Source of the DNA: Mobula hypostoma
Taxonomy: Eukaryota
Assembly (NCBI RefSeq): GCF_963921235.1
Contig: NC_086097.1
Coordinates: 116,438,001-116,502,000, forward strand
Length of the DNA: 64,000 bases
Direction of reading: 5' to 3'
Made by a program: the position numbers and the translations under genes. Positions 48,655 through 60,461 of the stretch are shown piece by piece. The notes under the pieces were generated by a model that searched no databases, was not told the DNA's origin, and saw nothing but the letters and a program-made list of their open reading frames with translations. Each line of letters begins with the position of its first letter. The stretch's first letter is position 1.

Positions 48655-51397
48655 AGGTGCCTAGTGCTTAGCACAATTCTTTACAGCACTGTTATGTTTG
48701 TAAAAGACAAACAGTGTGGGTAAAAATACTAGGACTATTTTATTTACAGATTTACATGAATGGCCTTTGCTCCAGCCTCAGCACGTATGATGAGCTCACC
48801 CATGCCATTTCTGTTCTGGATGAATGACCCACATTCGTCACTGGGAAATGAAGTTCTTTATTATGTATGCACATAATAACTCATCTTCCACCTTTAAGAA
48901 AAAAAAACAAACACAATGCTATGTCCTCATGAACCTGCAAGAACCAATCATCCTTTTCAACAAAGATATTTACACTAATTTCAATTATAATGAGCAATTA
49001 TAGTCCCTTATTCTATCAGTATCTGAGGTGGTTTGATGATCCTTTTTGGTCTGCTATTTGTCTCCCCGTGTGCATTGTTTTCACATGCTATGTTAATATT
49101 AGTGTCTTTCTGAGAACTTTGATCAACATGTTCATTTTTTACACATTCTTCTGCCAAGATCCTTTCTGTTCATTTCCGTTCTTGTTCTTACTGCGTGACC
49201 ATAATTTGAACCATGTGCCTCATACTGGAGTCCTGGACTACATCCATGTGATCAGTGAGTCTTCGGACAAGTTCCAACTGATTCTGTCTCAATTCACAGA
49301 GATCCTTCTGCTGGCTGCATATCATAAATAACGACTCCTCCTGTTGGTTTGTGTTGAACTTTTACTGTTGTTCTGACTTTCGGCTCTGTGCGGTCTCACC
49401 ATCTTCCCTTCTATTTTTCCTCATCAACTTCAGAAAGAATTGTGGAGATATTTTTGATTACCACTCTTTAACTAGAAGTCAAGGAGAGACAGACTTTGAA
49501 CCAAAAGTGCATGATGTGGAAGCAAGTCTGGAGACTTCTTCATCATGATCACACTGTACAGCACTGGCATCCTGACTCTTATGTCAGTGTAGCTGGTACA
49601 GATGTCAGTAGAAGGTGGAATTCTTGTACTTCTCTTACATAATGTCACTGCAGCTCTCATGGATACTGTTACAAGTTTCTCTTTACCTCTGAGTCCTTCA
49701 AAGACATCTGTGTACTCTTCCATGATCATTCTTGGTCTGTGAAGCCACGACAAAAACTCATTCCACCAGGCTGAGCCTTTCACATGCAGTCAGACCTAAT
49801 ATTGGCTGTACTTGCTTTTCAACATTCAGTAGCTGTGCCTTTAGGTGCTGCCCCTTGTTTTGAAGGTCAATATACAGTCTCCTTTTTACTGGTACGTTCT
49901 CTCCAGTATAGTTTGTCACTTTTAAATTCACTGGGCAAGTCTTGCTCTTTACTTTGAGAATCTTGGAATCATCCATAGACAACAGATTCACCTGGGCTCT
50001 GGTGTCAAACTTGAATGGAATTACTGTCTCATTCACAGTCACTGAAATGATCCATTCTGTTTTACCAGCACCAGCAGTCTGTAAAGAATCTACAAAGATT
50101 TCTTCCATTTCTTCAGCAACCATGTGCACCTTTACCTTGGAAGCTTTGCAATGCTTTGTGAAATGATTCCTCTTTCCACAATTATTGCAGGACTTTCCAT
50201 AAGTAGGTCACTTCTTTGGGATGTGACTAACTCCGCATTTGCTGCATTTACTGTTTGATCCTACCTCTTTGCTATGCTGTTGCTTTGGGAAATACCTTGT
50301 ACTCTGCCCCTCTGCTTTCCCAGCATGCCTGTTGTTTCTGCTCTGTGCAGCTCCTTAGCTTGAGATCGTGTGGTCTCCACTGCCCTGCACGTATTCACAG
50401 CCTTTTCTAGTGTCAAATCTTTTACACAGAGGAAACTTTCTCTGAGCCCATTATCTGGGATTCCACAAACTATTTTGCCTCTGACTAGTGAATCTCTCAA
50501 ATCTCCAAACTCACAGGACTTGCTCGATGTGAGAAGCTCAGCTAAGTATTGGTCAAAGCTAACACCTTGCTTCTGGTCACAGGAAAATAACTTGTATCTC
50601 TCAAACGTGATGTTTTTGGTTGGGACAAAATACTCCTCAAATTTTGTCATCAATGTGTCCAATGTAAAAGCTGTCTCATCAATTTCAAAGCTGTTACAGA
50701 TGTCCAAAGCATCTTCACCAATTACATGTAGAAAGATAGATACTTCCAATTTTTCATTGGTCCCTCCCATTTCGCCAGCTGCAGTATATATATTGAATCG
50801 CTGTTTGAAGCGTTTCCAGTTATTAGATTGCCGGTAAACTGCATAGATGTGGGAGGACCTGGATTTAGTGATTCCTCAATGAACTGTTGTGCTCCGTTAT
50901 TCTCTGTCTAGCACCTGTTTCTTCAGTCACTCACAGCATTCATTTACTATCCGTGTTTAGACCTCACGCCGACTTCTGACACCATGTTATTTTTGTTCTT
51001 TGTAAAGGCGAACAGCATGGGTAGAAACACTAGAACTATTTTATGTACAGATTTACAGCAACAGGTTTTGCTCCAGCCCCAGCACATGCGACGAGCTCAC
51101 CCTCATCATTTCTGGTACCAGGTGAACCACCCACATCACTTACTGGGAACTGTAGTTCTTGATTTTGTACACACATAATAACCCAAGCACTAGCTCAATT
51201 CCTGACACTGTCTGCAAGGAGTTAGTACATTCTCCCCATGACCGTTTGTGCCCCAGTTGAGGTTTGTGACTTGTGGACATGCTATGTTGGTGCTGGAGAT
51301 GTGGAGACACCTGGGGACTGCCCAGCACAATCCTCACTGGTTTGATTTGACACAAACAGTGCATATCACTGATGTACACAGGACAAATACAGCTAGT
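48655..51397 (+). mobile_element. V-SINE (long-tail subfamily) split by a Gypsy element
   Basis: TAGTGCTTAGCACAATTCTTTACAGCAC, then Gypsy, then AGCACTAGCTCAATTCC...GGAGTTAGTACATTCTCCCCATGACC...GATGTACACAGGACAAATACAGCTA. Confidence 0.8.
48690..51185 (-). mobile_element. Internally deleted Gypsy LTR retrotransposon (gag and protease, RT/RNase H missing) with both LTRs, PBS, PPT and 5-bp TSD
   Basis: LTRs 48690-48883 and 50985-51185 (TG..CA); TSD AGCAC at 48685-48689 and 51186-51190; PBS TGGTGTCAGAAG 50973-50984; gag ORF 50261..50770; knuckle CNNCGKRNHFTKHC; protease FDTRAQVN. Confidence 0.93.
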
Positions 51398-51517
51398 TTT
51401 TTTTCCTTAATCTTTTGCAAATGGACCTTCAGCATTACATTAGCTGCATTATATTAGCCACATTCCACTTATCTAAAGCAATTCCATTCATTTGAATATG
51501 GTAGCCATGTTGACTAA

Positions 51518-51916
51518 ACATAGAAACATAGAAAACCTACGGTACAATACAGGCCCTTCGGCTCACAAAGTTGTGCCAAACACATCCCTACCTTAGAAAT
51601 TACTAGGCTTACCTATAGCCCTCTATTTTACAAAGCTCCATGTACCTATCCAAAAGTCTCTTAAAAGCCCCTATTGTATCCGCCTCCACCAATGTTCCCA
51701 GCAGCCCATTCCACGCACTCACCATTCTCTGAGTAAAAAACTTACCCCTGACATCTCCCCTGTACCTACTCCCCAGCACTTTAAACCTGTGTCCTCTTGT
51801 GGCAACAATTTCAGCCCTGGGAAAAAGCCTCTGACTATCCACATGATCAATGCCTCTCATCATCTTATACACCTCTATCAGGTCACCTCACATCCTCTGT
51901 TGCTCCAAGGAGAAAA
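51518..51916 (-). mobile_element. CR1 3' fragment
   Basis: YKMMRGIDHVDSQRLFPR...FFTQRMVSAWNGL; CATAGAAA tail. Confidence 0.92.
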
Positions 51917-52071
51917 GTAAGATAAATCTTATTTTGTTCTTTGCTTACTTCTCTTTACTTAATTGCATATCGGCAGTTCAATGTAAAGTAATTTAATACT
52001 TTAAATATTTATATGATTCCATTTTGTGAATTACATAAAGCAGTTCCGTATGTTTTTTTAATGTCTCATAG

Positions 52072-52164
52072 GATGGAGCCTCTGATACAAGGTACAAAGA
52101 CAATCCTTGTCAACACTCACAACTTAATTTGCTCAGCAGAAATCATGGAATTGAGGCCACAACT
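52072..52164 (+). other. Candidate 93-nt exon, unidentified
   Basis: tgtttttttaatgtctcatag|GATGGAGCC...ACAACT|gtgagt; open in two frames. Confidence 0.2.
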
Positions 52165-52209
52165 GTGAGTTATGTAAGTATAGATATGATATTTAATATT
52201 TAAATTAAA

Positions 52210-52415
52210 TACGTAGTGAGGTAGTGTTCAAGGGTTCAATGTCCATTCAGAAATGGGATGGCAGTGGAGAAGAAGCTGTTCCTGAATCATTGAGTGTGTG
52301 CCTTCAGACTCCTGTATCTCCTTCCTGATGGTATCAATGAGAAGAGGGCATGTCCTGGCCGATGGGTATCCTTAATGACGGATGCCGCTTTTTTGAGGCA
52401 TTGTTCCTTGAAGAT
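52210..52415 (-). mobile_element. Rex1 3' fragment
   Basis: AGAAGCTGTTCCTGAATC...GAAGAGGGCATGTCCTGG. Confidence 0.75.
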
Positions 52416-52749
52416 TGATTATGATGCAGCCCATTACTCTGTTTTTCTATTCTTTCTACTCAAACAGATAATCTCAGATTTCTTGCATTACACTCTTCTG
52501 ACTACTCACTTCACCTATGTTCTACTATGTCTCGTACACAACTTACTTTCCTATCTTTGTATCATTAATAAACCTGGATCCAGCACGTTATGTCATCTAT
52601 TCACAATTCATATTCAGTAATTATTATGAATTGTGAATAGCTGAGTCCTCAGCAATGGCCCATAGCCCCCTGAGAGTAGTAGCATTAAACTTTAGTTGTT
52701 TAAAAGCTGAGGCAGGGATTTGAATATTAGGGAATGGAATAATTTATTT

Positions 52750-53030
52750 GCTTTATTTTATTTAGCTATATAGTGAGGAGTAGGCACCTCCAGAACTTTG
52801 GGCCACTCAGCCCCAGTAACCCCACAACTCCAATGAACCCTGACTTAACCTACCCACCCGGTAGGGTCTTTGTGCATGAGAGGAAACCAGGGCACTGAGG
52901 AGAAACGTACACATCCCGCGAGGAGCACATATCGAGACTCCTAACAGAATGGCGCCGGAATTGAACTTTGAACCCTAGAATGCCCTGAGATGTAATAGAG
53001 GCATGCTAACCATACGCTACCATGGTGCCC
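52750..53030 (-). mobile_element. V-SINE-like element
   Basis: Reverse complement GGGCACCATGGTAGCGTATGGTTAGC...GTTCAATTCC...GGTTTCCTC. Confidence 0.65.
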
Positions 53031-53270
53031 TTGAGATGACAGAGAAGTTAAATAATGTTGTATCTGACTTCACAAGAGAAGAAACAACCTTGGAGAGAAA
53101 ATGGTAAAAGGGAGGAATAAAGTTAAAATAATCAACATAAGCAAAAAATATATGTGGATCAGTTCCACAGATGCCTTAGACCATTATTCAGTGATTAAAA
53201 TTAATGAGTTTTAGTATGCTGCAAGTAAATCAGGAAAAACAATAAAGACAAAAGGCAGCTCCTCCTAAAG

Positions 53271-53350
53271 CAGGGATTCCCAACCTGGGGTCCACTGACT
53301 CCTTGTTTAAAAGCATTGGTCGATGTCATAAAAAAGTTTGGGTACCCCTG
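53271..53350. mobile_element. 80-bp hAT (Charlie-like) MITE with 8-bp TSD
   Basis: TIRs CAGGGATTCCCAA / TTGGGTACCCCTG; TSD TCCTAAAG / TGCTAAAG. Confidence 0.85.
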
Positions 53351-53740
53351 TGCTAAAGAAAGGATGATGTTCATTGCATGAAATTTGCTTCCGATCCAGG
53401 TGTGAAATTGCTGCCACTCAGGTTAATCTACAACTTCCAAGCAACAGCTGAGATCCCAACAGAAGGCTCATAGATTGTGCCAGGCAAAAATAACGCCTTG
53501 TACAGAAGCCATTGAAATCCATTTTCTATTTCTTGTTAGTCCAATGGTAGCATCTTATTCATCTCACATTATCAATTTTTAGTCATTGTTTGCAAGCTTC
53601 TAAATCTTCCCAGTTATTTAGTCCATTAATATTCATTGCCGTAACAATTGTGAAAAGCATGATTTTTGCCTGGCAGAATCTATGAGCCTTTGCTGGGTCT
53701 CAGCTGCTGATAAGTCCTTTGAGATAAATTTCTGGGCTAT

Positions 53741-53872
53741 AACACAAGAAAGTCTCCAGGTGCTGGAAGTCCAGAGTAACACATACAAAATTCTGGAAGA
53801 ACTTAGCAGGTCAGGCAGCATCTATGGAAAGGAATAAAGAGTTGACATTTTGGATCAAGACCCTTCTTCAGA
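53741..53872 (-). mobile_element. PLE terminal repeat, degenerate hammerhead
   Basis: GAACTTAGCAGGTCAGGCAGCATCTATGG...AGTTGACATTTTGGATCAAGACCCTTCTTCAG. Confidence 0.75.
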
Positions 53873-54157
53873 CCCGGGCTAGACTGACAGCTCACCAATA
53901 GTGTCCTCATGCATTCATCCTGCCCCAAACAGAACTTTTTTCAGGTCTCAAGTCCAGAGTAGCCCTGTTAGAATCCAGTTCTATTCAATTTTTTGGCCTC
54001 CCGATTTACTATCTGTTTTTATTCTCTCGCTGTTAATCTGGATAAATTCTGGTGATCTGCTCCAAAATTTTACTACCCTCGTAAAATATCAGAATGGACT
54101 ATTTCCATAGACACCTCAGCCCAGGCTATAATATCATGCAGTGTTCGAAAGCCCCAA

Positions 54158-54480
54158 GCTCAAAGTAAATTTCTTATCAAAATACATATATATGTAAATA
54201 AATAATATTCAGAACATGAATTGTATATTCTTTAAAAGTGAGTCCATAGATTGTGGAATTAATTCAGTTTTGAGATGAATGAAGTTATCCACAATGGTTC
54301 AGGAACCTGATGGTTGATGGTAATAACGGTTCCTGAACCTGGCAGTGTGAGATCTAAGGCTCCTGTATTTCAATGGCAGACACGAGAAGAGAGCATGGCC
54401 TGGATTGTGGGTGTCTTTGATGTTGGATGCTGCAAACTTGTGGTAGTGCTCCTTGCAGATGTGCTCAGTGGTGGACTGGA
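54158..54480 (-). mobile_element. Rex1 3' fragment
   Basis: CAAAGTAAATTTCTTATCAAA tail; GGTTCAGGAACCTGATGGTTGA. Confidence 0.75.
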
Positions 54481-55134
54481 GTGTACACTACCACAGTTTT
54501 ATTTGCTGCAAATAAATTAAGATGAACAATGAAGACTAAAGGCAGCTCTTTTCCAAGGAAAGAATGACTGCCATTGCATGGTTTGTTTCTGATCCAGGTT
54601 TTGCCACAGCTGCCACTGCAACTCCTAACTGTTTTGATGATTTACATCATTTCTCTTTCCACAGAGATTGCCTGGCCTGCCAAGTGGTTCCGGTAGTTTC
54701 TATTTCCAGTATTTTTTAAATTATATATACATAAGTAAATATCAAATACAAAATTTACTCTGAGCAACACTTCCAGCATTTTCATAAATAAAGAAGACAT
54801 GATGTTTCAATAGGGGCAGAGTTCCTTCAGTTCTGAACATTCTTCATAGGTTTTAAGTTGTATTTAAGACTTCTTGCATCAAAACATGATGAATATAAGG
54901 AGCAAAGTTTCATGCTGTTGACTTGTTTGTGATTGATGCTGAACCATTATAATGCAGGTTAGCCGTTCTTGATGGTTTAATGAACACAATGGATTCAGTT
55001 CTTGAAGTTAAAACGCAACCTCAAGAAATCAAAATTGTGCGAACATAGTTGGTCATTGACACCTATATAAATCCAGATTAGAGCATCAAGCAAGAAACCT
55101 CAAAATCTGTTTGTTGTTTAACAAGGAAAGGTGG

Positions 55135-55545
55135 CTTAAAGTGGTTCCGCAGGTAGCGCTATTGTCTCTAGGTGATCCAGATTCAACCTTGCCCTCCAAC
55201 GGTGTCTACATAGAGTTTGTACATTCTCCCTGTGACAGTGTAGGCTTCTTGCTGGTCCTCCATTTTCTCTCACATCCCAAAAGCTGGTTGGTTTGTTAAC
55301 TGGTTTCTGTAAATTATCTCTCCTGCAAGTGGGTGGTAGGAGAAACAGGGTGGAGTTGAAGACCATGAGAGAGAATATAGATGTCAAGAACATAAGATAC
55401 TTTGCTGATGCTGGAAATCTTGAGAAACCACGCACAAAATGTTGAAGAAAGTCAACAAGTCAGGCCGTACTACGTGGGGGATTAAACAATTGATATTTCA
55501 GACCCTTCATCAGAACTGGAGAGGAAGGAGGCAGAATGCAGAAAA
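55135..55545. mobile_element. Old V-SINE (+, about 55135-55380) followed by a degenerate PLE repeat (-, about 55389-55545)
   Basis: GAGTTTGTACATTCTCCCTGTGAC; CAGACCCTTCATCAGAACTGG. Confidence 0.65.
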
Positions 55546-56084
55546 GTCTGAAGAGTTTTTAAATGTCTCAGGCTAGTGGGTACATTTAAAAGTTGCTCAA
55601 AGCCTATACAGTGACAAGTACTGTCACAAAATTTAGGACGACACTTAGTATTCTGAGAACTCTTTGGCGACCAGATAACTTCAGTAAAAACTGATCCAGA
55701 TGGCTGGAGGCAATGGACTGTGGGGAGTGAGCCAGACTGAGGATGGACCAGCCCAAGTCCTTTTACTGGAAGCACTCAATTCTAGTTTCGGCTGTACCTA
55801 TTCAGCAGGACTTTCAAACCGTCAGCATTAAAGGCAAATGCTCTCTTGTCTTAGTCATTGTAAGCAGTGAACTTCAACTGCAAACCTCACTTTACTGGCA
55901 AAACCCAACACTTTAAGTATTTCTGCTTCGGTAGATTTTACATTTCCCGTTAGATTTAATGTTGGACAGTTTCCCTAGACAATCTTTTTTATGTGCTGCT
56001 ATTTACTTGTAGTGAATAGCCAACTCTTATTTGAAAATTCAATGCAATACAATCTTGCCAATCCTAGGAAAATGGGATTAATAT

Positions 56085-58385
56085 GTTTTTAGGTAGTGCA
56101 GAAGAAGGCAATGGCAAACCACTTCTGCAGAAAAATGTCCCAAGAACAATTGTTGTCATGCACCATGATCACTCACATCATACAACACAGCACATTATTA
56201 AGTGCAGGAGAAGGAAACTGGAGGTCCGTGAGCCTGTTCTGACTGGGGGATCAGAGGTGGAGAGGGTCAGCAAATTTAAATTCCATGAAAAGCACAAGCA
56301 GGCAGAGTGATAATGTTAGTGTACAGCATGTTTTCCCTCATTGTTCTGCCATTCGGTATTAGAGCAAGGAAGTCATGTTGCAACTGCATAAAATTTTGGT
56401 TAGGCTTCACTTGGAGTATTGTGTGCAATTCTAGTTGTCCACCACTAGAAGCATATGGAGGTTTTGGAAAAGGTGTAGGAGAGGTTTACCAGGATGCTGC
56501 ATGGATTAGAGAGAATGAGATATAAGGAGAGGAGGAACAAACTTGGGTTCAAAGAAAAATATCAAAACCCCAAAACGCAAAAAAAAAAGAAAAAATCATG
56601 CAAACAGCAAAAAAGAATGGAAAAACTCCGCATATAAAACACCAAACCAAATTCAATGAAAGAATCCAGACACATTCGGATCAGTTCATTCTAACAATTT
56701 GTCCATCATTAACTCCAGACCACAGAGCTTGTCTGCCTGATCAAAAGTCTATACCCCTCATAATTTTGTATATTTCTATTAAATCTCCCCTCATTCTCCT
56801 ATACTTCAGGGAATAAAGTCTGAACATTTTCAACCTTTCCCCAAAGCTCAGGTCCTCAAATCCCAGCAGCAATCTTAATAGTCAGAATATTTTGCCAGGG
56901 TAGAAATGCCAAGTACAAGAGGACATAAATTTAATGTGAGAAGGGGAAAGCTTAAAGGAGATGCATGCAGGAAATTTTTTACATGTAGAGTGGTAGGTTT
57001 CTGGAACTGGCTGCTGCGTTATTGGAAACAGCAGATACAATTGTGGCATTTAAAAGGCTGCTAGACAGACATATGAATATTCAGGAAATGCAGGGGTATG
57101 GATCATGTGCAAACAGAAGAGATTTAGTTTAATTTGGTTTTGTGTTTGGTGCAGACATTGTGGGCTGTAAAACCTGTTCCTGTGCTGTATTGTTCTATGT
57201 TCTATGTCCTAGATTCAATCATGATGTTCAAAAAGTTATCAGATCCATGCTCAAAAGAGGAAATATTGCAGAGCAGCGAAGAAAGAAGGAGAAGTAAGAT
57301 GAATCACATTGCTTATGTACAGATTTGGCATAGACTTAGAAAGCCTGATGGCTTCTGTCAGTGTTGTTATTGTTCTATAATGTTAGTAACTGTGCTCCAA
57401 TTAATTGGACTGCAATTAAGAATGCTGTTGTTTATGTTGATTGGAGCCAGTCCTGGCACCAGCAGCATTTCTGCACTGGTCTAGCTGGCACTTGTCTCCT
57501 GTTTCTCTTTGCTGTGTTCTTCTTAATTCAACCAATGCTTTTAGCCAATTTCAAGGTAGAATGTAGAACAAAGAATATTACAGAACAGTACAGGCCCTTT
57601 GGCCCAAAACCTTTTAATCTACTCTAAGATCAATCTAACTCTTCTCTCCAACGTAGTCCTTAATTTTTTTCTAACATCCATGTGCCTACCGAAGAGTTTA
57701 TTAAAGGTTTTTAATGTATTTTCTTCTACCACTTCTGGTGGCACTGCATTCCATGCACTCGCCACGCTCTGTATAAAAATACTTACCACTGACATTCCCC
57801 CTATACCTTCCTCCAATCAGCTTACAATTAGGCTCCCCTCGTATTAGGCATTTCTACCCTTGGAAAAGCCTTTGCCTATGCCTTTTATATTTTGTACACC
57901 TCTATCAAGTCACCTCTCATTCTCCTTCACTCCAAAGAGCAAAAGCCATACTTTACTCAATCTATCATCATAAAACGTTATCTCCAATCTAGGCAACATC
58001 TGGGTAAATCTCTTTTGCACACTCTCTAAAGCTTCTACATCCTTCCTATAATGAGGCAACAAAAGTGTAGATTAACCAGAGTTTTATAGAGCTGAAACAT
58101 TACCTCACAGCTCTTAACCTCAGTTTCATGACTAATGACGGCCAACACACCATAGACTTTCTTAACAACCTATCAACTTGCACAGCAACTTTGAGGGATC
58201 TATGGATGTGGACCCCATGATCCCTCTGCTCCTCCACACTGATAAGAATCCTCCTATTAACCTTGTATACTGCCTTCTAATTTGACCTTCCAAAGTGAAT
58301 CACCTCACACTTTTCAGGGTTGAACTCCATGTGCCACTTCTCAGCACAGCTCTACATTCTATTACTGTCCTGTTGTAACCCTTAA
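56085..58385. mobile_element. Mosaic of LINE fragments: RTE-type tail, Rex1 piece, CR1 pieces (+ 56290-57210; - 57560-58385)
   Basis: AGAAGGCAATGGCAAACCAC; CACTTGGAGTATTGTGTGCAATTC; QSVASAWNAVPPEVVE. Confidence 0.7.
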
Positions 58386-58748
58386 CAACAGACTTTCACT
58401 CAAGACCCCCTCCTAAAGCAGGTATGATGCTGATCAATGAAGTACTTCAACAAGGATGTATGGCACATCTAGCTGAGAAATTTCACAGGAATGAAACTAT
58501 TCTTGAAAGGAAGGAAACAATAGAGGGTGGTAAATGTTGGAGTGTAGATCAGAAATGGATCATTGAGTGCACAATTTCTAGTTAAACCATATCTTCAAGA
58601 ATGTAATACTACAATAGTTTGATAATCTGGGACCCTTAGAACTTTGGCCAAGCAAGACTAGTGGCTTTTCCACATTTCTAGATTTCAGTTCTATTTATAT
58701 CCCAACACAATTTTAATTCATTTTTTTTGGCTGTTACACAGAAGTGTA

Positions 58749-59745
58749 ACAAAATGGCACCAAACAGTGTATATCTGCTGTCTGATTGCTTCTTGGTTTA
58801 TAGAGATGGCCTTTGGGGACAGCACAGGAAGTTAGTGTTTACTGATAGTGGTAAGGGGAGTAAGGAGTTGGGGGCAGTAAATGAAGAGCTAGGGGAAGGA
58901 TCCAGAGTTCAGTGTTCAGGACAGAGCCAGTAATCCCTGAGGATGGAGATTCAAAGTCTGCAGGCCTCACGATCCAGAGCCGTCGCTCCCTGAAGTTGCC
59001 AAATCCTAAGGTTGGAGGTCAGCGAGTCACGAGATTGGAGGCCTGATGTTGATCGGCAGGTCCTGAAGTCATAAAACCATAGTTAACATGCCCTAAGGTT
59101 GAAACCCAATGGTTGCCGAGTCCAAAGATCAGAGACCCATAATTGGCGAGTTCTGGGTCAAAAACCAGATGTCGTGAGATTAGAGGTCAAAGTTCTGAGG
59201 CCATCAAATTCTGAAATTGGAGACCATAGTCAGTAATCAATAAATTTTGGGGTCCAGAGGTCGATTCTTAAATGTCTAGGTCCCGAGGTTGGTGAGTCTA
59301 GAGGTCAAAGCCTGTGGTCAGCGAGACCAGGGAACCCCTAGGCTGGTGAGTCCAGAGGTTGGAGACCTGATGTCTGTGGGTATGGAGCCTGGACCATCGA
59401 CAGGAATTTGAAGGCCCCGAGGTGTCCTGCCCTAGGATTAGAGGTCCAATTATTTGTGTGGGTAGTAGAGATGGAAAAGGACTTGTTTCCCTGTGGTTCT
59501 CTTTTATCGATGTTGCAATTCTGTTGTGACCTGCTGGGTTCCTCCAACATTTTGTGAGTATTGCTTTTTGTGTGTTGGCTGCGTGTTGTTATGTTAAACA
59601 TTATGGCGTGCTATGTTAGCACTGGGATGTGGGGTGACACCTGCAGGCATCTCCCAGCGTATCCACAGGTTATGTTGTTTGTTAGTTCAAATGAAACATT
59701 TCAATGTATGCTTCGACGTACATGTGAAAAATAAATCTAAGCTAA
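58749..59745 (+). mobile_element. Composite non-autonomous retroposon candidate
   Basis: Head CAAAATGGCACC; degenerate GAGTC...AGGTTGGAG repeats at about 58930-59450; 3' end equals the long-tail V-SINE tail (GCTATGTTAGCACTGG...GTACATGTGAAAAATAAATCTAA). Confidence 0.5.
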
Positions 59746-60021
59746 TTTAGTCTGGTGAATATAAAGGGAGTACGAGACATGGAGCCCTGGTCTGTTTGAA
59801 GGAAGCACAGGAAACGGGGTGCAGCTGAGCTTAAAAGGAAAATGAGAAACGGGGCCCCGAGGAATTTAAAGTGTGTGCATGAAATGGGGCCCTTCTGAGT
59901 TTACAAGGAAGATGAAAAAAGGGGCTCAGTGAACACAGAAAATGGGGCCCAGGAGCATTTAAAGCAGGTACAGGAAGTGGAATCTGATGAGCCAGATGCC
60001 AACCCATTGGTAGTTCTGAAC

Positions 60022-60461
60022 GCAAACACGAGGAATTCTGCAGATGCTGGAAATTCAAGCAACACACATCAAAGTTGCTGGTGAACGCAGCAGGCCAGAC
60101 AGCATCTTTAGGAAGAAGTACAGTCAACGTTTCAGGCCGAGACCCTTCGTCAGGAGTAACTGAAGTAAGAGCTAGTAAGAGATTTGAAAATGGGAGAGGG
60201 AGGGGGAGATCCAAAATTATAGGAGAAGACAGGAGGGGGAGGGATGAAGCCAAGAGCTGGACAGTTGATTGGCAAAAGGGATATGAGAGGATCATGGGAT
60301 AGGAGGCCCAGGGAGAAGGAAAAGGGGAAGGGGGGATCCCAGAGGATGGGCCAGGGGTACAGTGAGAGGGACAGAGGGAGAAAAAGGAGAGAAAGAAAAA
60401 GAATGTGTGTATATAAGTAAATAACGGATGGGGTACGAGGGGGAGGTGGGGAATTAGCGGA
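60022..60461 (-). mobile_element. Young PLE 3' end (last codons NFR*, 3' UTR, terminal repeat) with 10-bp TSD
   Basis: AGTTCTGAAC at 60012-60021 and 60462-60471; TTAGCGGAAGTT parallels the ORF end at 19931. Confidence 0.88.
60121..60158 (-). ncRNA. Minimal hammerhead ribozyme motif, core intact
   Basis: Reverse complement: TACTC CTGACGA AGGGTCTCGGCCT GAAA C GTT GACTG. Confidence 0.65.

Noticed and set aside
57213..57293. 81-nt exon-like segment (FNHDVQKVIRSMLKRGNIAEQRRKKE)
   Set aside because: The acceptor is supplied by a CR1 tail repeat, the donor is weak, and no homology is recognised.
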